Assembly: GCA_965661985.1 (NCBI GenBank)
Contig: CBFIFY010000003.1
Location: forward strand, 29,207-93,206
Direction: 5' to 3'
DNA length: 64,000 nucleotides
DNA from: an uncultured Myxococcota bacterium
GTDB lineage: Bacteria > Myxococcota_A > UBA796
Shown: one piece after another, positions 9,541-18,934 of the stretch
How positions within the stretch are numbered: position 1 is the first letter of the stretch
Layout of the letters: every line of letters begins with the position of its first letter
Position numbers and translations under genes: made by a program
Notes under the pieces: model-generated
What the model saw: only the letters and a program-made list of their open reading frames with translations
Database searches by the model: none
What the model was told of the DNA's origin: nothing

Positions 9541-10516
9541 ACTTTGGTTGACTGATCACTTGTTGGGCGATTGAAACCAAATACTCTTCGACTTCGCCAC
9601 GCCAGTCCTCACCCAAATCCGATTCCACCAAAAAGTCCTGTACAGACTGGTCACCTACAGTATCCAACGCCTGAGCCAGCACAACGCTCAACTGTTCTTG
9701 AAAAGACGGCAGTTCCAATATTGCTTGGGTCGTTTGAATGACGGTTTGCACGACAAATTGAGGTTCAAAGACGGTGAACTGGTTCATCAAACGTTGATTC
9801 TCTGTCGAAAGCAACACATCCAAAACGTGTAAACGATAGAGCGCTTGTTGTGCGCGGTTTTCTGGCTTGCCAATTTCTTGTGCAGAACGACGAATGATGC
9901 TCGCAATGGACTGGTCCAAAAATTGAAGAATCTTTTGCTGGGCTTGTTGCTCAATGATTTGTGTGATTTGACCCAGTGGGCTGTTCTGAACCATTTTTTC
10001 ACCAAAGGCCTTTAGCCGACCAAAACCACCGCCCATACCTTTGGGGCGCATATTTGACGTCGCCGATGTAGCCGCTTGGGTCCACGTTTTGATGGTATCG
10101 GTAAAGTCCAATAGAACACTGGATAGCACATCGTGAAAAAGTTGCTCCATCGCATCGTGATCCATCAATTGATGAACCAGTTCAGTATCGACGGGAATCT
10201 CCTGTTGTAAAGCCTTTCGAAGTGGTTCTTGAATGCTTGTGGGAACATAATCACCCGGTGTGCCAGTTGGTACCATCGACTGCGCTTGTTCGATTTGCGA
10301 CACCAACCAACTTTGGGTCTGTTCTGATTGTACAAGGGTCTGCAAAAACAGCGTCACTTGGTTCTGAACCAACGACAGAGGCACAATATCCTTGAGGGGC
10401 TGTTGCAACAAAAAGTCCATCGTTAACCGAACGAGTTTGTTGGTCGCAGAACCATTCAACCCCTGTACAATCAACGCCACCGTTTTCAGCGTTTCAGTTT
10501 GCTCATTTGACATCAC
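9500..10516 (-). CDS. hypothetical Gln-rich helical protein, translationally coupled to the HelD-like helicase
   Basis: 338-aa ORF with no motif recognised. Its start overlaps the helicase stop by 14 nt. Its 3' end overlaps the convergent EEP gene by 41 nt. Confidence 0.6.
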   Translation of the reverse strand: MMSNEQTETLKTVALIVQGLNGSATNKLVRLTMDFLLQQPLKDIVPLSLVQNQVTLFLQTLVQSEQTQSWLVSQIEQAQSMVPTGTPGDYVPTSIQEPLRKALQQEIPVDTELVHQLMDHDAMEQLFHDVLSSVLLDFTDTIKTWTQAATSATSNMRPKGMGGGFGRLKAFGEKMVQNSPLGQITQIIEQQAQQKILQFLDQSIASIIRRSAQEIGKPENRAQQALYRLHVLDVLLSTENQRLMNQFTVFEPQFVVQTVIQTTQAILELPSFQEQLSVVLAQALDTVGDQSVQDFLVESDLGEDWRGEVEEYLVSIAQQVISQPKFTEILVEMLSVET

Positions 10517-12578
10517 TCAATACCTCAGGCAATAAAGGAGATGGAGTCCCAACACAGGTCAGCCACAATTGATGCACAGCACGGGTTGCCGCAACGTGCA
10601 ATAGGCGTTGGTGGTGTGGGCTATCCGGATACGCAAAGGCATTGGCCTCTACGATGACGACATAATCAAATTCTAACCCCTTTACCTGGTCTACATCAAC
10701 CACATCGATTCCTGGTGCAAAGGCATAGTTCTGATCGACAACCAAACGAATGTAATCCAAGTCACATTTGGTTAGCCCATCGAAATAGGTTCTAGACAAT
10801 TCCAAAGACGGCGTGATCAGTGCAACATTGGCTCTGGGCTCGGCATCTTGAAGTCGACGCAACTCTTCTGCCAAGAAAGCGACGCACGCCCCGTGATCAC
10901 TGAACTGAAAGAACTCAACTGGTGGTCCCTCTTTGACTGTCAACGGTGCTGGTTCGTCTCGTTGTTCATCCTGCGTCAGCAATCGCATAGCAAAGTCGAC
11001 CACCTGCTTGGTTGAACGATAAGCCACTTGCAACGTGGACAACGCTGTTGATTGAACGCCAATCTGCGCCAGAAAGTCAGACCAAGAAGAGAAACCTGCC
11101 GACTTCGAAATGTGCTGGCGAGTGTCCCCCGCCAATGTCACACTTTGCTTGTCGTCACAGATGCCCAACAAAATCAAGATCTCCAACGGCGAGAAATCTT
11201 GAACCTCGTCGATGACCAAGTGCGCCAAAGCAATTTCGCGTCCACGTTCTCTGAGTTTCCCTACTCGAAGTTGATAGGCATACAGAAGCAAAGACACATC
11301 TTCCATATCCAAAAACGCTGGTTCATCATCTTCAAGCTGAGAGCCCTCATGCCAGATGGACATCAAGTCTGTTTGGCGGGCAATCCACCGCTCCGCTCGA
11401 TCGCGCATCGACATCGTCCAAACATCTTGCAGATCGTCTCGAATCTGAGAGAAATCTGTGAGAATGTGTGCCCAATCCTGATACACCTGATCAATATTTC
11501 TTGGCAAGTGTGGTGTGCTGGCGATGTGTTTACGCAGTCGACGCATGGTTGTGGGATGCAATTTGACACGTTGTACGGCGTCCGGAATCGGATCTACGGT
11601 AATGCTCGGCCAATGTGGAAAGTGTCTTTTGAACGTGGACTTCGCCCAAGATTTCCACGTTTGCACTGGCAACCCCACGACGCCCAACGGTGGCAACACG
11701 TGACCCACATAGTCTCGCATCGCCTTGCCCCACACCATGAACATCATATTTTGGGGTGCAAAATGCCGTGGGTTTTCAAAGGTCAAATAGGACAATCGAT
11801 GCAGTGCCACCGTCGTCTTTCCAGATCCCGCTGACCCTCGAATGACCATAATCCCCTCTTGTTCTGCAGAGATCAGTTCAAACTGGTCAGGATCAATCAA
11901 AGCAGCAATATCAGGCAAATGCTTACTCGACCGCAACTCTCCACCAGCACCCAACTGTGATGTGACTGGAGACCCCGCTCTCAAAGAAGCACCCTGTCCC
12001 CCTGCCAACTGCACTTGCTCTTTGGAAAGTTCTATCCAGTCATCTCCCCGTTTAACCCATGTCATAGAAGAATTGGACACCCTCACCAAACGGCTGTTGT
12101 TGATGTTGACAATGCGACGGGCGACGACCTCCCCTTCATGATTTTGTCCACCAAAGAACTCTTCGTACTCATCGCCTTCAGAATAGAGATAAAAAAGTTT
12201 GGAAATCGGTGCATTGCGCCAATCCACAATTTGCAGTCCATGCTTCAAATTGGTCGCCTTTCCCAAGTACACATCGCGTACACGCCCACGCTCTTTGAGT
12301 CGTAAATGAGCAAAGTACGGACAGGACGGATCCACTTCGGCTTGTCCCCGCAACGCTTTCATTGAATCCAATGAAGCGTTCAACTGATCCATTTGTGTAT
12401 ACAACACTGGCAAATCTTCTTCTTTGGCACCCAGCACATCTTCGCGTAAGACAATCAATTGATCAATGAGTTCTTGCTCTGCGTTGTCAAATCCGATTGG
12501 GTTCTCTTCTAAGATTCGTACAATTCGAGCCAACAAATCACTTTCTTCTTGTACGACGGGTGGAAGTTTACTTGTCAT
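10503..12578 (-). CDS. helD: HelD-like UvrD/Rep superfamily-1 helicase (RNA polymerase recycling ATPase type)
   Basis: N-terminal CPYFAHLRL...VYLGK...IVDWRNAPISKLFY is the HelD signature. Walker A is GSAGSGKTTVALHRLSYL, followed by LVIDEVQDFSP and C-terminal VKGLEFDYVVIV. Confidence 0.85.
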   Translation of the reverse strand: MTSKLPPVVQEESDLLARIVRILEENPIGFDNAEQELIDQLIVLREDVLGAKEEDLPVLYTQMDQLNASLDSMKALRGQAEVDPSCPYFAHLRLKERGRVRDVYLGKATNLKHGLQIVDWRNAPISKLFYLYSEGDEYEEFFGGQNHEGEVVARRIVNINNSRLVRVSNSSMTWVKRGDDWIELSKEQVQLAGGQGASLRAGSPVTSQLGAGGELRSSKHLPDIAALIDPDQFELISAEQEGIMVIRGSAGSGKTTVALHRLSYLTFENPRHFAPQNMMFMVWGKAMRDYVGHVLPPLGVVGLPVQTWKSWAKSTFKRHFPHWPSITVDPIPDAVQRVKLHPTTMRRLRKHIASTPHLPRNIDQVYQDWAHILTDFSQIRDDLQDVWTMSMRDRAERWIARQTDLMSIWHEGSQLEDDEPAFLDMEDVSLLLYAYQLRVGKLRERGREIALAHLVIDEVQDFSPLEILILLGICDDKQSVTLAGDTRQHISKSAGFSSWSDFLAQIGVQSTALSTLQVAYRSTKQVVDFAMRLLTQDEQRDEPAPLTVKEGPPVEFFQFSDHGACVAFLAEELRRLQDAEPRANVALITPSLELSRTYFDGLTKCDLDYIRLVVDQNYAFAPGIDVVDVDQVKGLEFDYVVIVEANAFAYPDSPHHQRLLHVAATRAVHQLWLTCVGTPSPLLPEVLSDVK

Positions 12579-12717
12579 GGATCACTCAGGTTCTAAAGTA
12601 AAATTAAGATGGATGTATGAGAATATGAAATAGAGACAACGAAAACACTTCAACAATTCGGATGCATTCTGGATTGTCTCAATGTACACAAAATGCAACT
12701 TTGAACAATCATTTGTA

Positions 12718-13281
12718 TTAACGAAGACGCTGTAGCAATGCAAATTCACGCTCACAGTACATCAAAATGGTCCACATTCCAAAAACCGCCGCAATCAAAC
12801 TACTTGCCAAACAGACATTGGAGAACCCAATCAAGCCTGCTACAAGAGTGGTATTGAGGGCAAAAGAGGCCACCTTACCAGCCCAAAAGGGTCTATTTTT
12901 GGGAATGACACCCTTCATGTATTGATGCACATAATAGGGAACCAATGGAATCTGAATCCATTCTCTGGCGAACAACAACCAGCCCATCCACCATTCTACC
13001 GCACCCATCAACACAATGGTCCACGCAACGTTGATGCCAAATATTTTGTCTACCCATCCGTCAATGAAGCCACCGGTATGTGAAGTTGTCCCTTGTCGTC
13101 TTGCAACCCAACCGTCCAAAATGTCTGAAATAGACCCAATCAACAACCAAAACAACGCCCACGATGCATCCACCGCCAAGAAGGGATACAATACTGCTAC
13201 CCCAAGTCGAAAAAAAGTGATCAACCCAGCGAGGTTGCACACTTCTTTCCAATACAATTTGGGTCTGGTAATTTGAGACAC
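12718..13281 (-). CDS. CDP-alcohol phosphatidyltransferase family protein
   Basis: DILDGWVARRQGTTSHTGGFIDGWVDK fits D-x2-DG-x2-AR-x8-G-x3-D-x3-D. Multi-TM, 187 aa, GTG start. Confidence 0.85.
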   Translation of the reverse strand: MSQITRPKLYWKEVCNLAGLITFFRLGVAVLYPFLAVDASWALFWLLIGSISDILDGWVARRQGTTSHTGGFIDGWVDKIFGINVAWTIVLMGAVEWWMGWLLFAREWIQIPLVPYYVHQYMKGVIPKNRPFWAGKVASFALNTTLVAGLIGFSNVCLASSLIAAVFGMWTILMYCEREFALLQRLR

Positions 13282-13311
13282 AGTTCATCCCGTCTACATG
13301 GTTCACTATCT

Positions 13312-14151
13312 ATGAATAACCCATTGGTCAGAATTCCACGCCTGGTTCCAGTAGCAGAAAAAATCAACCAACTTCGCCGTACAGTCGAAGGTGATTTGCG
13401 CGGCTTTGACATCATTCGGTGGAATGGAACACCCTATGGACTGCATCCCAATCAGTGCATGGACATTTCGGAGGTCAATGATCTCTGTCCAAGAGATGGC
13501 TGGCCAACCGTTTTGTGCATTCATGGTGGTGGATGGATTGAAGGCGATAAATCGCAATACGTTGCGATGCTCCCTCAATTTGCCAAAAAGAAGATCATGG
13601 CAGCCAGTATGAATTATCGTTTGGCTCCTGAGGTCACTTGGAAAGAACAGGTCGAAGATGTTCTCAAAGCACTGGATTTTTTGAAATCACAGCAGGTTGA
13701 TCACCAGCGAATCGCTTTGTGGGCGACTTCAGCAGGAGCACATTTGGCATTATTGGCAGCCGCACAAGTTCCAGAGCAAATTCGATGTGTGGTCACCATT
13801 GGTGCAGCTACCAACCCCTCACAACTGGATACTGACCTCACCAGAGAGGCGTTTCCAAATCCCCATGATCCACACTGCAACCCACATCAACAGTGCACCA
13901 ATCTTCCACCGACCCTCATGTTGCATGGAGAGATGGACCCTGTCATTCCACTCTCCCAACACAAGGAATTTAGTGATGCGCGGAGCGCTGTGACTTCTTG
14001 GGTTCTCAAAGATGGAGACCATCACCTACGATGGCCCATTGTCCAAGGCTGGAGAATGCGACAAAAAGCCATGCGGTGGCTGGTATCGACGATGGATTTA
14101 CCGACAGTTGGCTCAAAGTGGACACGACGAAAGAAGAACAATACCAAGTGA
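13312..14151 (+). CDS. alpha/beta hydrolase (esterase/lipase, HGGG type)
   Basis: IHGGGW oxyanion motif, nucleophile elbow WATSAGAH (G-x-S-x-G-like), and C-terminal HGEMD / GDHH. The ORF opens at TTG 13273; ATG 13312 was chosen because it clears the divergent neighbour. Confidence 0.75.
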   Translation: MNNPLVRIPRLVPVAEKINQLRRTVEGDLRGFDIIRWNGTPYGLHPNQCMDISEVNDLCPRDGWPTVLCIHGGGWIEGDKSQYVAMLPQFAKKKIMAASMNYRLAPEVTWKEQVEDVLKALDFLKSQQVDHQRIALWATSAGAHLALLAAAQVPEQIRCVVTIGAATNPSQLDTDLTREAFPNPHDPHCNPHQQCTNLPPTLMLHGEMDPVIPLSQHKEFSDARSAVTSWVLKDGDHHLRWPIVQGWRMRQKAMRWLVSTMDLPTVGSKWTRRKKNNTK

Positions 14152-14229
14152 GCGATTTGGGCACGATTCTTGCAGAACAACCCATGAAACCATCTCACTT
14201 GAACATCTGAACTGACTCGGAGACCCATC

Positions 14230-14754
14230 ATGAACACAAAACAATTTTCTTGGTTTGCGGCAACCACCCTTTGGCTGATCAACCCTGTGTTTTCAGGCTG
14301 TGACGCCAACAACGACCCTGAGTTTGAATTCGACGAATCGGACATGATTGCCCTACTCGACGATCTCAATGGGCAAGTTTGGGAAACAGAGTTCAACGGG
14401 GAGCCTTCCACCATCATTGTCGCCATTTCACAAGAGATTGAAGAACAAGCCCGTATGTGGAGTATTCTTCAACCAAATACCGCCACTGCCTGTAGCACTC
14501 GGAACTTTGTAGGCAGTGCCGAGGCCTGTATCGACATGAGTACATTGCCGATTGAGGGCACGATCACCATAGAGACTGAAACTGGAGAGATGGAACCTCT
14601 CGTGTATGACGTTTCGGGTAGCATTGACGTCTTTGGAACCACGCTCAACAACGCTGAAGTGTGGCTATCCAACGATGACGTACACGTTTCTTGGAGTGGC
14701 TACACTGAGGAAGATGGACAAGCGTTGGTCTTTGAACTCAATGCTGTTCAATAA
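14230..14754 (+). CDS. hypothetical lipoprotein
   Basis: Signal peptide with lipobox LINPVFSGC, acidic mature protein, no family recognised. Convergent with the 14.8-19.9 kb operon, with stops 6 nt apart. Confidence 0.6.
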   Translation: MNTKQFSWFAATTLWLINPVFSGCDANNDPEFEFDESDMIALLDDLNGQVWETEFNGEPSTIIVAISQEIEEQARMWSILQPNTATACSTRNFVGSAEACIDMSTLPIEGTITIETETGEMEPLVYDVSGSIDVFGTTLNNAEVWLSNDDVHVSWSGYTEEDGQALVFELNAVQ

Positions 14755-14759
14755 TTCCT

Positions 14760-15695
14760 TTAGTCAAATGGAGACGCTGTCCACGCCAACCAGTTTGAAA
14801 AGTCTGCGCACACTTGACCGATTGGTGCTCCATGTGCGTAAGCTTCACCACATCCGTCACAGCGTTCGGGTCTATCGAGTTGGTCTCCATGCCACTCAAC
14901 ATAGATCCATTGACCGTTCACCTGAACATGCTGGGTTCCATTTGGCTCCAATAGACAGTCCACATTGCTAAAGGTTTGCTCACCGAATTCCACTGCTCCG
15001 ATCACCCCATCAGCACCTTGGTCGCTTTGGTCACTTTGAAGGCCACTTTCTTCATTTTCTCGAACCAACTGAACACCATTGTAGAAAATGGCTTTGTACG
15101 TCGGTGCGTTTACAGCCCACATCTCCGCATCTGGAAAGTGCGACGTGGTGCCTGACTCAGTCAGAACATAGGGTCTAGAATAACTGTAAAACACATCGTG
15201 ACCGTTGGAGTCTACACCTGTGAGTTCGTTGATGCCACCCACACAAGACATCTGTGTATCGCCATCGCTCAGTGTCCCTTCACAGTGAATCTGGCGCCCC
15301 ACAAAAAGATTGCCATAGGGATCCGGTTCTGTATCATTTCGAGGAATACTGGTGGCAAAGCCTTCAAAGGACACCCCTTGCTCAGAGATGCAAGAATCTG
15401 CCCAATACAGTCCATCTGGATTGTTGAACCACCTTGGACAATCTGAGTCTGTTTGTGCCAACATCGCATCGTACACATCCAACAATCGACCTACGCGAAC
15501 AGTACGGATCTGCTCAATTCCCAGTTGCAAAATACTTTCAACCTCTTCAATGGACGGCGATTCCACAGCGTCCAACTCGGCAAGGTAAGCCGTATCTTCT
15601 TCAATTTGGTTCAGGTCTTCTTGAGTCACAGTCCGATAGTCACGAACAATTTCGGTTCGACACCCCACCATCAACCACAGCACACTCATACTCAT
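14760..15695 (-). CDS. hypothetical lipoprotein, paralog A of an unrecognised Cys-motif family
   Basis: Lipobox LWLMVGC. Shares DS.CP......G..W...C.S..G.S..G and C-terminal CDGCG-x8-IGQVC.D.S..L.W..SP with ORF 18925-19881. Its start forms an ATGA overlap with the upstream gene. Confidence 0.7.
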   Translation of the reverse strand: MSMSVLWLMVGCRTEIVRDYRTVTQEDLNQIEEDTAYLAELDAVESPSIEEVESILQLGIEQIRTVRVGRLLDVYDAMLAQTDSDCPRWFNNPDGLYWADSCISEQGVSFEGFATSIPRNDTEPDPYGNLFVGRQIHCEGTLSDGDTQMSCVGGINELTGVDSNGHDVFYSYSRPYVLTESGTTSHFPDAEMWAVNAPTYKAIFYNGVQLVRENEESGLQSDQSDQGADGVIGAVEFGEQTFSNVDCLLEPNGTQHVQVNGQWIYVEWHGDQLDRPERCDGCGEAYAHGAPIGQVCADFSNWLAWTASPFD

Positions 15696-16021
15696 CGGAG
15701 CGCCTCACAGTCCAACCAATCCAAGACCAATGCCAGTTGACCTTCTTCCACCCCTCCACTTGGAGGCATGGTTTGCGATTCGACTTCAATGCGTACTTGG
15801 TCGATGTGCAAACGAATATTTTCCAGAGAATCCAACGTTACGTCAACCGGTGCACCTTGTCGATTGGAACTGTAGCCCGCATGACATCCCAAACAGTACT
15901 GTACCATAAATGGCTCTCCCACATTGGCGTAGGACACCGCCGAGCAGTCAAGTTCTGCTGTGTCTCTGATGGAATAAAATTCTTCGGTCACACAGGCCAA
16001 TGCAAACACCCAAAGCATCAT
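15692..16021 (-). CDS. small mono-haem c-type cytochrome-like protein (PSCyt-like)
   Basis: 109 aa with an N-terminal hydrophobic signal and a single CLGCH haem-attachment motif in a context like planctomycete PSCyt domains. ATGA overlaps at both ends. Confidence 0.65.
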   Translation of the reverse strand: MMLWVFALACVTEEFYSIRDTAELDCSAVSYANVGEPFMVQYCLGCHAGYSSNRQGAPVDVTLDSLENIRLHIDQVRIEVESQTMPPSGGVEEGQLALVLDWLDCEALR

Positions 16022-17289
16022 GACAACATCCCCAACAACGGTTCGGCATCCAAAATGTGCTCGCTTGGGTCCAAACCAGCCAACGCAAGCAATCCAGCCC
16101 CCACCGACTCAATACTCAAAATTTGCCCTGCAGATTGTGGTTCTCCAGATTGCAAATCCAATCGAATGCCCTGATAGGACATGTCTACCCCACCCATGAT
16201 GCGATCCGTGGTTAGCCCCTCACCCAACAACATCACCGAGGTAAATGGCCAGTGATCTTTGCCGTTGGTTGAGTTGAGGTTTGCAGTGCGACCCATCTCT
16301 GAACACACGACCACAACCGTGTTCTCAGACAACAACTGTCCTTTTTCATCTCGTCGAACTTGCAACTGGTGCATGAGTTGATTGAGACTGCCAAACAGAC
16401 TTTCAAACAACTGGGATTGGGTTTCATCGTTGTTCGCATGGCTGTCCCACCCCAATCCATCGGAACCAGTGAAGACCACCGATGCACAACGAGAAATCCC
16501 CTTGGCCAACGCATCCACGGCACAAGAGAGTTGATTTGCCAACGAACCTGACGCAAAGGTCATGGTGTGCCGACGATCCTTGAGCATCATCGCGTTGTCT
16601 GTCGCTGTTTTGTAAGCGTCGGTCAAGCGTTGATCCGCACCATAATGAGCCTGCCCACTTCGAGCATGCACACGTTGCTGTATATATCGGTCGAGTACCG
16701 CTTGGCTGGGTGTAGAGATTTCTGGAACCTCGTCGTTGCTGAAATCCAAAATGCTTCGATCCAACACCGATTCCAACTGATTGTTGCTTCCAGTTCGCAC
16801 CACCATTGCCCCTAAGTCACCTGTAAAACTTGGACCATCCAACACCAAGTGGGGAATGGAAAGGTTGCGCTGAGTAGCAGAAGCAATCAACGTTGCCCAA
16901 TCGGGTGCTGTTCCAGATACGCCACCCGTAAACAACAGCGAAGTACAAATCTCGTGGGCGATCGAACGCACTTGCACACCGTTCAAAATCAGTGTTCTGG
17001 CGTGATGGGCATTGAAGAAGGCATCCACCGAAGGTCTATTTGCATGAGACACCCATTCGATGTTGGATGCTTGGGATACGCCTGCCGACGGTTCCATCGC
17101 CACCAATGGGTTGGCGAAGGCGGGCACAAAAACACGGGTGGGGTCCCATCCTCCTTGTGCAAACACAAAAAGAAAGTTCCGTTCTGACTGCGCCGACAGT
17201 GATGCCAATGCATCTGTTCCTGTAAACATTGAAGCACCCGTCACACCCAATAAGCCCAACGTGCCACGCATAAAGTTCCTTCTTTTCAC
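16018..17289 (-). CDS. DUF1501 family protein (sulfatase/alkaline-phosphatase-fold), TAT-exported
   Basis: Twin-arginine signal MKRRNFMRGTLGLLGV. Also QGGWDPT, GWDSHANN and SEMGRT...NGKDHW, as in DUF1501. Confidence 0.8.
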   Translation of the reverse strand: MKRRNFMRGTLGLLGVTGASMFTGTDALASLSAQSERNFLFVFAQGGWDPTRVFVPAFANPLVAMEPSAGVSQASNIEWVSHANRPSVDAFFNAHHARTLILNGVQVRSIAHEICTSLLFTGGVSGTAPDWATLIASATQRNLSIPHLVLDGPSFTGDLGAMVVRTGSNNQLESVLDRSILDFSNDEVPEISTPSQAVLDRYIQQRVHARSGQAHYGADQRLTDAYKTATDNAMMLKDRRHTMTFASGSLANQLSCAVDALAKGISRCASVVFTGSDGLGWDSHANNDETQSQLFESLFGSLNQLMHQLQVRRDEKGQLLSENTVVVVCSEMGRTANLNSTNGKDHWPFTSVMLLGEGLTTDRIMGGVDMSYQGIRLDLQSGEPQSAGQILSIESVGAGLLALAGLDPSEHILDAEPLLGMLS

Positions 17290-17299
17290 ACGCCCCCCC

Positions 17300-18934
17300 T
17301 CAGTACAACATGTAATCTGGGTCTCGAAACAGCGCGACCGTTACAACTGTCCACGCCTCGACAGTATCCCCCGTCAACGCATACACTTCTCGCCACAAGT
17401 CAAGACCCGACGACACGGCTGAACCATCCACCGAAACCTCTTTGGACAAAATCAACCGGTGCAAATACTGAAGTTGCTGTTGGGCACGTTCGAGTGTGTC
17501 TTCGTCTTGATCAATCGAGGCATTGAGGTTCACCATCGTAAAGAATCGACGTTCCTCAGAAGGCTGTCTCAGTTCTTGTTGTATTCTGTAGGCACTGGCT
17601 TGCTCTGCCAACAACCCTTGCACCAAGATCATCGTCGCATTCGGGACTTGGGCTTCTTGACCAGCAGCTCGACCGTCTATCCCCCCTGCCAGTGATCTCA
17701 ATCCAACGATATCATTGCCCAACATATCAAAATCGCCATAGGACCATCGAAAACCCGTCAAGTCTTCGATGCTGGAAACCAGTTGGGACACCGACATCAG
17801 TTTGCGGTTTTGAGCATCGCTGCGGTCATTCCATTTTCCTGCACGGTACTCTTCATCTTGAACAATTGAGGCAACCAAAGATTTGAGCCTCAGTCCACTC
17901 TCCAAAAAGGCTTCTCGGTGCGGCAACAATCGAACAGAATCCGCGGCGGTCAAAGGCTGTTGCAATAAGGCAGATGCCACTTGCTCTGTGGCACAATTGG
18001 GAAATCGACTGTCCGAGGCAATCAAAGTCCCCAAATCTGCAAAGCCAGCACTGGGTTGACCAAAATACTCTGGTGCAGTATCCAAATAGGTTTGCCACAA
18101 GCGCTCTCTGTCACTGTGGTAGACAGATGCCTCAAGCCAAGAGTCTACTTGATAGGTCCAAAAACCAAACAGGTGGGCAGCCAAGGGGTCCAAAGTCCGA
18201 TGGCAATTGACACAGGCAGGATCGTTGGAGATGGCATCGAGCATCGCTTCTTCATCCAACAGATTGCTGTCTCGTTCAAAGGAAATCGGTCGACTCAAAT
18301 AATTGTTGCACAGCAAAATTGAACTCACCACATTGGCCCGCATTCGATTGGCGTTGGTGTCCGTAGAGGTAAATCTCCACCATAGAGCATTGCTGCTCAA
18401 CACACCCGCCATCGGACGACCATCAATATAAGGAACGGGTTGCCACCCCTCACCACTTTGAGGATAGTCGACTGGGAAAACACCTCCCAACAGAGAATTC
18501 GCCATCGTATAGTCTGCGGTCACGATGGTGGTCCAAGACAGATCATTTTCAGCGACATAAGACAACAAACGCAAGGGTTCTTCTCCAATCGCACGACGAA
18601 AACCCACTTCGTCATCCAACTGAAAATCTGCCCCTGTCAGATTGTACCGATCGGTCACCGTTCGATAAATGGGCGCATACATTGCCCGAACCCGTACACC
18701 AAAGCCTTGGTGTTCCAAGAATTCATCAATTGTCGGTGCAGGCTCAGTGCCATCAAAGACATCCAACTCTTCAGGGGTTGGTAGAGTACCCCGAATGTCC
18801 AATGAGAGACGACGCAAGTATTGGGCATCGCTCATCCGATCTGTTTCCAGCGTCGTTGTCTGATAGACCACTCGCTCCGTACAGCCGATCCACAAGCCCA
18901 TCCAAAGCGGATACAATGCCAAGTTTATTCCCAT
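17300..18934 (-). CDS. DUF1549/DUF1588-like haem-binding lipoprotein
   Basis: YLRRLSLDIRGTLPTPEELDVF is DUF1549-like. TADYTMANS, TDTNANRMRAN and DPACVNCHRTLDPLAAHLFGFW form the CxxCH..DP motif of DUF1588-type domains. ATG 18934 gives a lipobox signal MGINLALYPLWMGLWIGC; the longer ORF to 19027 would overlap the upstream gene by 100 nt. Confidence 0.7.
   Translation of the reverse strand: MGINLALYPLWMGLWIGCTERVVYQTTTLETDRMSDAQYLRRLSLDIRGTLPTPEELDVFDGTEPAPTIDEFLEHQGFGVRVRAMYAPIYRTVTDRYNLTGADFQLDDEVGFRRAIGEEPLRLLSYVAENDLSWTTIVTADYTMANSLLGGVFPVDYPQSGEGWQPVPYIDGRPMAGVLSSNALWWRFTSTDTNANRMRANVVSSILLCNNYLSRPISFERDSNLLDEEAMLDAISNDPACVNCHRTLDPLAAHLFGFWTYQVDSWLEASVYHSDRERLWQTYLDTAPEYFGQPSAGFADLGTLIASDSRFPNCATEQVASALLQQPLTAADSVRLLPHREAFLESGLRLKSLVASIVQDEEYRAGKWNDRSDAQNRKLMSVSQLVSSIEDLTGFRWSYGDFDMLGNDIVGLRSLAGGIDGRAAGQEAQVPNATMILVQGLLAEQASAYRIQQELRQPSEERRFFTMVNLNASIDQDEDTLERAQQQLQYLHRLILSKEVSVDGSAVSSGLDLWREVYALTGDTVEAWTVVTVALFRDPDYMLY

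Noticed and set aside
11052-11834. Long antisense ORFs: 260 aa here, 275 aa at 50993-51820, 230 aa at 59693-60385, 241 aa at 6232-6957 and 246 aa at 15434-16174.
   Set aside because: Each lies entirely inside a well-supported gene on the opposite strand with clear family motifs. Their translations are low-complexity, Arg/His/Cys-rich and motif-free, which is typical of shadow ORFs.
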